DNA from: an uncultured Planctomycetota bacterium
GTDB lineage: Bacteria > Planctomycetota > PLA2 > JAEUHO01
Direction: 5' to 3'
Assembly: GCA_963752285.1 (NCBI GenBank)
Contig: CAVVXN010000005.1
Coordinates: 704,001 to 768,000, forward strand
DNA: 64,000 nt
Below the pieces are notes generated by a model. That model was not told the origin of the DNA and ran no database searches. It saw only the letters and a list, made by a program, of their open reading frames with translations. This document shows, in pieces, positions 60,601-64,000 of the stretch. The position numbers and the translations under genes are program-made. Each line of letters starts with the position of its first letter. Position 1 is the stretch's first letter.

Positions 60601-63375
60601 GGGGTGGACTTCCGGTACGGGACCGCGGGCCTCCGGGTCCACGTCGTGCTGGACGTGTCCTGCTGCGGGTGCGCCGACGGCGGCCTCGTCGCGACGGTCA
60701 AGCTGGAGAAGCTCGACGCCCCGGGCCAGGGCCGGAGCCTCGAGCTCATGACGGGTCCCGACGGGGTCCTGACCTTCCCGAGGCCCGACCAGCCCGCGCT
60801 CTTGCCCGGCCGCTACCGCGTGTCGGTGTCGGCGACCGGGCCGGTAGTCGCGCACGGAGACCTCGTGAAGGAGGTCACCCTCGGCGTCTGCCGCCCGGTG
60901 GACGTGACCTTCGAGTTCTGCGGCACGGCGAGCCTCGTCGGCCGCGTCATCCGCGAGACGGTCGACTGCAACGGCATCGTGGAAGCCGGCGAAGCCGGCA
61001 TCCCCGGCGTCGCGGTGCGGCTCGTCCCCGTGTCGCCGGCCGGGGCGGCCCGCGTCGCGACGACGGACGACACGGGCGCCTATTCCTTCCTGAACCTGCC
61101 GCGCGGCTCCTACGTGGTGCAGGTGGACGGCGGGCAGGCGACGCTCGTGGACCTGAACCCGAGCTCGCTCACACAGGTCCCCGTGACCCTCGTCCCGCCG
61201 GACGAAGGACAGGTGGACTTCACGTTCTGCGCGCCGGGGCGCGTCTGCGGGACGGTCTACCGCGAGCCGCTCGGCGACTGCGACGGCACGCTCGGTGACG
61301 GCGACGAGCCGCTCAGCGGCGTGGTGGTGTCGCTGATCCCGGTCGACCCGAGCGGGCCCACGCTCCAGCGTGTCACCGACGAGCGGGGCGGCTACTGCTT
61401 CACGAAGCTCGATCCGGGTCGCTACGAGGTCTACGTGGACGGCTCGCAGCCGATCCTCGTGAGCCTCTCCGGGACCACGGCGGGCCGCGTGGCCGTCGAT
61501 CTCGGGCCGAGCGGGGACGAGACGGTGAACTTCGGCTACGCGCCGCAGTCCATCACCGGCTACGTCTTCCGCGAGCCGCAGGGGCAGTGCGACGGCGTCT
61601 ACGAGGAGGACGTGGACAGCCCGATCCCGGGCGTCTCCGTCACCCTGATCAAGCTCGACACGCCGTACCGCGGTCTCTCCCGGGTCGCGGTGACGAACGC
61701 GAACGGGCTCTACCGGTTCCTCGACATCCCCTCCGGCCGCTACGAGGTGGCGGTCACCGGCGGGGTTCCGGCGGACCTCACGCCGAGCACCCCCGAGGTC
61801 GTCACGCAGCCGCTGCCGGTCTGCCGCCACCGTCGGGTGGACTTCGGCTACTGTCCGCCCGAGCTCACCGAGATCTGCGGCACGGTGTTCCGCCAGCCGT
61901 GGAACCACTGTGACGAGGTCTTCGACGACGGCGACACGGGCGTGCCCGGCGTCACCGTTCGTCTGGAGAAGACGGACGGGGCCGACGCCGGCTGGATCCG
62001 CGAAGAGGCGACCGACGAGAACGGGCACTACTGCTTCGAGAACCTCCCGGCGGGGACCTACCTGGTCCGCGTGCCGGGGGGACAGCCCCAGCTCGTGAAC
62101 CTCACGCCGAGCACGCCGGAGCAGATCCAGGTGGTGACGCAGGTGGGCGAGGACCACGACGGCGTGGACTTCGGCTACTGCCCGCCCTGCCCGCGGGTGC
62201 CCTGCTGTGACGGCGACCTGCACGAGGTGGTGGTCGAGACGCGCTTCTGGCTGGACCCGTGCGAGAGCTGGTACGACGTGTACGCGTACCTGAAGGACGG
62301 GTGCGGCGACTGCGCGACGGAGATCGACTACGCCGGCATCTACTTCCACGGGGGCTTCCCCGGGGCCGTGACCGGCTACAACGACGTCCTCACGCTCGAG
62401 AACGTCTGGCGCGAGGGCGGATGGGTGTACGTCCGGCTCCGCCTGACGGCGCAGGGAGCGGCGTTCCCGCGCGGGTTCTTCGGGAAGGGGACCCGGTCGG
62501 TGATCGTGACCCTGGGCGACCAGAAGCGCCAGGGCTGCGTGGAGCTCCGGTGCGAGAAGGTGCGACCGGGCTCCTGGTTCACGTCGTCCGACGCGTGCTA
62601 CCTGCCCGACTGCCCGCCGGCGAGAGACGCCTGCGTGCTCGCGTCGGGTAGCTGGGACGACCGGTCGCCGTGCTGCAGCGCCGACTACCGCGTGCTCGAC
62701 ACGTACTCCTGGGAGAACTGGCAGACGTGCGACGGGAAGCCGGAGTGCAAGCAGCAGAGCGAGTCGTGCAAGGCCGGCTACAACACGGTCGAGATCGAGA
62801 TCGACTACTGGGTCAAGAACCACGGCGACCACCACGTGTTCGACGCGGGGTTCTGGTCGTGGGGCAAGACCGAGATCGACCACGTGGGGCTGTCGTTCGA
62901 CGGGACGTCGTGGGAGGGCTCCAAGAAGAGCGACCACGGCCTCGCGACCCTGCTCTACGTGCGTCGGATCGACACCGGGGACGCCGCCGACCTGTGGCGG
63001 GCCCGGTTCCTCGTCCGCTCGTGCGACCGCGCCGACGGGAATCCCGGCGTGCTGCCCGAGCAGCTCGAGATCCGGTCCAAGGTGGACGAGGGCGAGCACG
63101 ACTACTGGCTCGACCTGAACTACGCGAGCAACGCGTGCCTCGAGACGGGGCCGATCCTGTGGAACGGCGAGTTCACCGGGGTCAACCTGATCCGCTGGGT
63201 GAGCGTCCTCGACGCGGCATGGTGCCCGCCCGTCCCGTGCGACGGGTCGTGCGACACGCCCTGCTCGACCTGCCCGCCCGAGACGCCGCCCCCGTCGAAC
63301 GGCAAGCCCGCGCCCAAGACGCCGCCGCAGCCCGTGTGCAAGCCCACGCCGAAGAAGGGCCACGGCCGCCGCTGA
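57676..63375 (+). CDS. 1899-aa exported Cys-rich protein with about 10 SdrD-B/CnaB-like repeats
   Basis: GGAGG RBS; signal peptide; repeated G-x-V...GVxVxL...TDxxGxYxF..L..GxYxV...VDFG units at about 59047-62181. Confidence 0.88.
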   Translation: MLKPTTWLLAALLLPLFWAGSGAPAGAEGTVVPTAEGGWRGVPDLAEDSGQFLLVSGVENAGIPGTGPGEDPGQLVLASIFDENPSGPDVELAIFDGDTSGIWDQRDDRPPVSPELGVRKPFDSVYRVYPDPTGGVARALARGSRATTDPVTPVDRDGIPEVDDGGMPLPAVYPVLTTNALGSTFSGTNAAWIELMNQEGDESARIAGSSTFVYTLRVTLEDGPNGALNGFEVNGFKVAMTGRPRLPNGTLLGFVGGVVDIRTIQGFAQSEDPLPGSTYRPPSRNDTLTNHYGGEFDFSFDVGTVCEDVGFAEGDADWNAPISPDSMFGDQNPTGIPPDDGGRYVFGTQVIDNTSLKIPLPAADEALGRHGLLWEIVDPSGSVRLSSDDSPLGHPSYSGAIQSPVAPVGDPFQTTTLSKDVLNSLSGTWTWRWRGVDSRNAIWVKARGGFGPSLGGPVVSGRVWCDDGNGIFDEGETPLAGATLVFEPVPASDFEVPIMTGADGTWQTHSLGAGTWRLLSVTPAPGSSSAFDPATPLPRTFEVDSCEGATLDVPGMCGSAQGRIAGRVWCDELENGVFDEGVDIPHAGVTVTITPSGSATPIATLTTSADGTYQSGLLDAGDYTVSVDPADPALGGPTPLSPTSVTATVVAEQTTNVDFWFRCRSEVSGHVIREHLTCDGAWEKDVESGIPGVEVVLTLLDDQGQPTPTSRTATTDATGYYEFTDVVPGTYRLTVDGDQANVVRLAANSGTTIGPLEVVSLMSYPDNDFFFCPGKIQVKVVKKAHGEACQNVIDVGDTPIAGVTVHLSGASATTTPGPFTATTDATGVATFTDLDADMYSMSIAGSQTVLVSLQPADGATAATVTLPAGGLVVIPSVWCEETCSITGTVFREAECVPWWTYAGQGIGGVTVELRRAADDPSGAAYATTTTDATGYYAFLDIPTGAYVVSVPDGQAALADLTATTDTSVAVRQCGSGVDFRYGTAGLRVHVVLDVSCCGCADGGLVATVKLEKLDAPGQGRSLELMTGPDGVLTFPRPDQPALLPGRYRVSVSATGPVVAHGDLVKEVTLGVCRPVDVTFEFCGTASLVGRVIRETVDCNGIVEAGEAGIPGVAVRLVPVSPAGAARVATTDDTGAYSFLNLPRGSYVVQVDGGQATLVDLNPSSLTQVPVTLVPPDEGQVDFTFCAPGRVCGTVYREPLGDCDGTLGDGDEPLSGVVVSLIPVDPSGPTLQRVTDERGGYCFTKLDPGRYEVYVDGSQPILVSLSGTTAGRVAVDLGPSGDETVNFGYAPQSITGYVFREPQGQCDGVYEEDVDSPIPGVSVTLIKLDTPYRGLSRVAVTNANGLYRFLDIPSGRYEVAVTGGVPADLTPSTPEVVTQPLPVCRHRRVDFGYCPPELTEICGTVFRQPWNHCDEVFDDGDTGVPGVTVRLEKTDGADAGWIREEATDENGHYCFENLPAGTYLVRVPGGQPQLVNLTPSTPEQIQVVTQVGEDHDGVDFGYCPPCPRVPCCDGDLHEVVVETRFWLDPCESWYDVYAYLKDGCGDCATEIDYAGIYFHGGFPGAVTGYNDVLTLENVWREGGWVYVRLRLTAQGAAFPRGFFGKGTRSVIVTLGDQKRQGCVELRCEKVRPGSWFTSSDACYLPDCPPARDACVLASGSWDDRSPCCSADYRVLDTYSWENWQTCDGKPECKQQSESCKAGYNTVEIEIDYWVKNHGDHHVFDAGFWSWGKTEIDHVGLSFDGTSWEGSKKSDHGLATLLYVRRIDTGDAADLWRARFLVRSCDRADGNPGVLPEQLEIRSKVDEGEHDYWLDLNYASNACLETGPILWNGEFTGVNLIRWVSVLDAAWCPPVPCDGSCDTPCSTCPPETPPPSNGKPAPKTPPQPVCKPTPKKGHGRR

Positions 63376-63401
63376 CCGCGCCCGGCGCGCTCCCGAATCC
63401 C

Positions 63402-63437
63402 GCGAGGCGGCCCGTTCCGGGCCGCCTCGCTTCACTT
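63402..63437. terminator. Hairpin between convergent genes
   Basis: 12-bp stem GCGAGGCGGCCC/GGGCCGCCTCGC (63402-63413/63419-63430) followed by TTCACTT. Confidence 0.65.
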
Positions 63438-64000
63438 CCGGGTTGGCTCGACCGCGGCGAAGCGGCCCGCGAGAAAGCGCCCGGACGCCTCGGCGATCCC
63501 GGGGAGGAGGACGAAGGAGGTCTTGTGCCCGAAGGGCAGCGTGACCCGGCGGGGCCGGCCGAGCGCCTCCCAGAGCCGGAGCTGATAGCCGGTCGGGATC
63601 GAGGTGTCCCGCATCGCGACGAACATCAGGACCTCGTCGCGCGGGACGCGCGGGGCGAGGAGGACGGGATCGGTCACGATGCGGCGCCGGAGACGCTCGC
63701 GGAGGTCCGCGTCGGAGAGGCGGAGCGCCTCGCGGACCGCGGCGCGGTAGCGCACGAACCGGTCCTCCTTGGACTCCGCGAGGACGTCGGCGAGGGGCCC
63801 TCCCGCCAGCACGAAGACGTGCGCGACGGGCCGCGGGTCCACCCCGGCGAGCGTCGCGCTGATCGTGGCGCCCGCGCTGACCCCGAACGTCGCGATTCGC
63901 CGGGGATCGACCTCGGGCCGCGTGACCAGGTAGTCGAGGGCCTGGCGGCTCTGCACGACGTACGCGCGAAGCTCCCCCTCCGCCTGGTCCAGAGCCGTGT
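63432..64000 (-). CDS. Alpha/beta hydrolase, 5'-partial
   Basis: RPEVDPRRIATFGVSAG nucleophile elbow, RDTSIP, PFGH; frame open to the window edge. Confidence 0.8.
   Translation of the reverse strand, partial: TALDQAEGELRAYVVQSRQALDYLVTRPEVDPRRIATFGVSAGATISATLAGVDPRPVAHVFVLAGGPLADVLAESKEDRFVRYRAAVREALRLSDADLRERLRRRIVTDPVLLAPRVPRDEVLMFVAMRDTSIPTGYQLRLWEALGRPRRVTLPFGHKTSFVLLPGIAEASGRFLAGRFAAVEPTRK

Overview
Very GC-rich bacterial chromosomal window with about 46 densely packed CDSs. I found no rRNA, tRNA, CRISPR array or transposase. TolC, lipoproteins, mutL, a prenyltransferase/squalene-oxidase-repeat protein, a Ser/Thr kinase-AAA-TPR protein and a large protein with a GspG-like tail suggest a diderm, most likely Planctomycetota (inference). 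Housekeeping genes include lipA, larC, tgt, ruvB, ubiE/menG, ubiA/ubiX/ubiD-family genes, holA, mutL, leuS, a MacAB-TolC-type exporter and tkt. Two candidate systems stand out. (1) An orphan PafC-like WYL regulator lies near ruvB and mutL, and both genes are preceded by an identical CGTCGG-N10-TAnnnT element matching the actinobacterial PafBC (RecA-NDp) DNA-damage promoter; nine other promoters checked lack it. (2) A cysteine-rich envelope locus (49.8-63.4 kb) encodes two paralogous Cys-rich lipoproteins with symmetric 4+4 and 3+3 repeats (one OmcA-like, one DUF11/OmcB-like), an exported CxxC thioredoxin, a C39-like peptidase and a 1899-aa Cys-rich SdrB-repeat protein. Other points: many apparently leaderless genes, a hybrid kinase lacking its phospho-His, a head-to-head Uma2/trypsin deletion scar, and a poly-G frameshift in an SH3 protein gene. 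All calls come from reading motifs by eye; no database searches were run.
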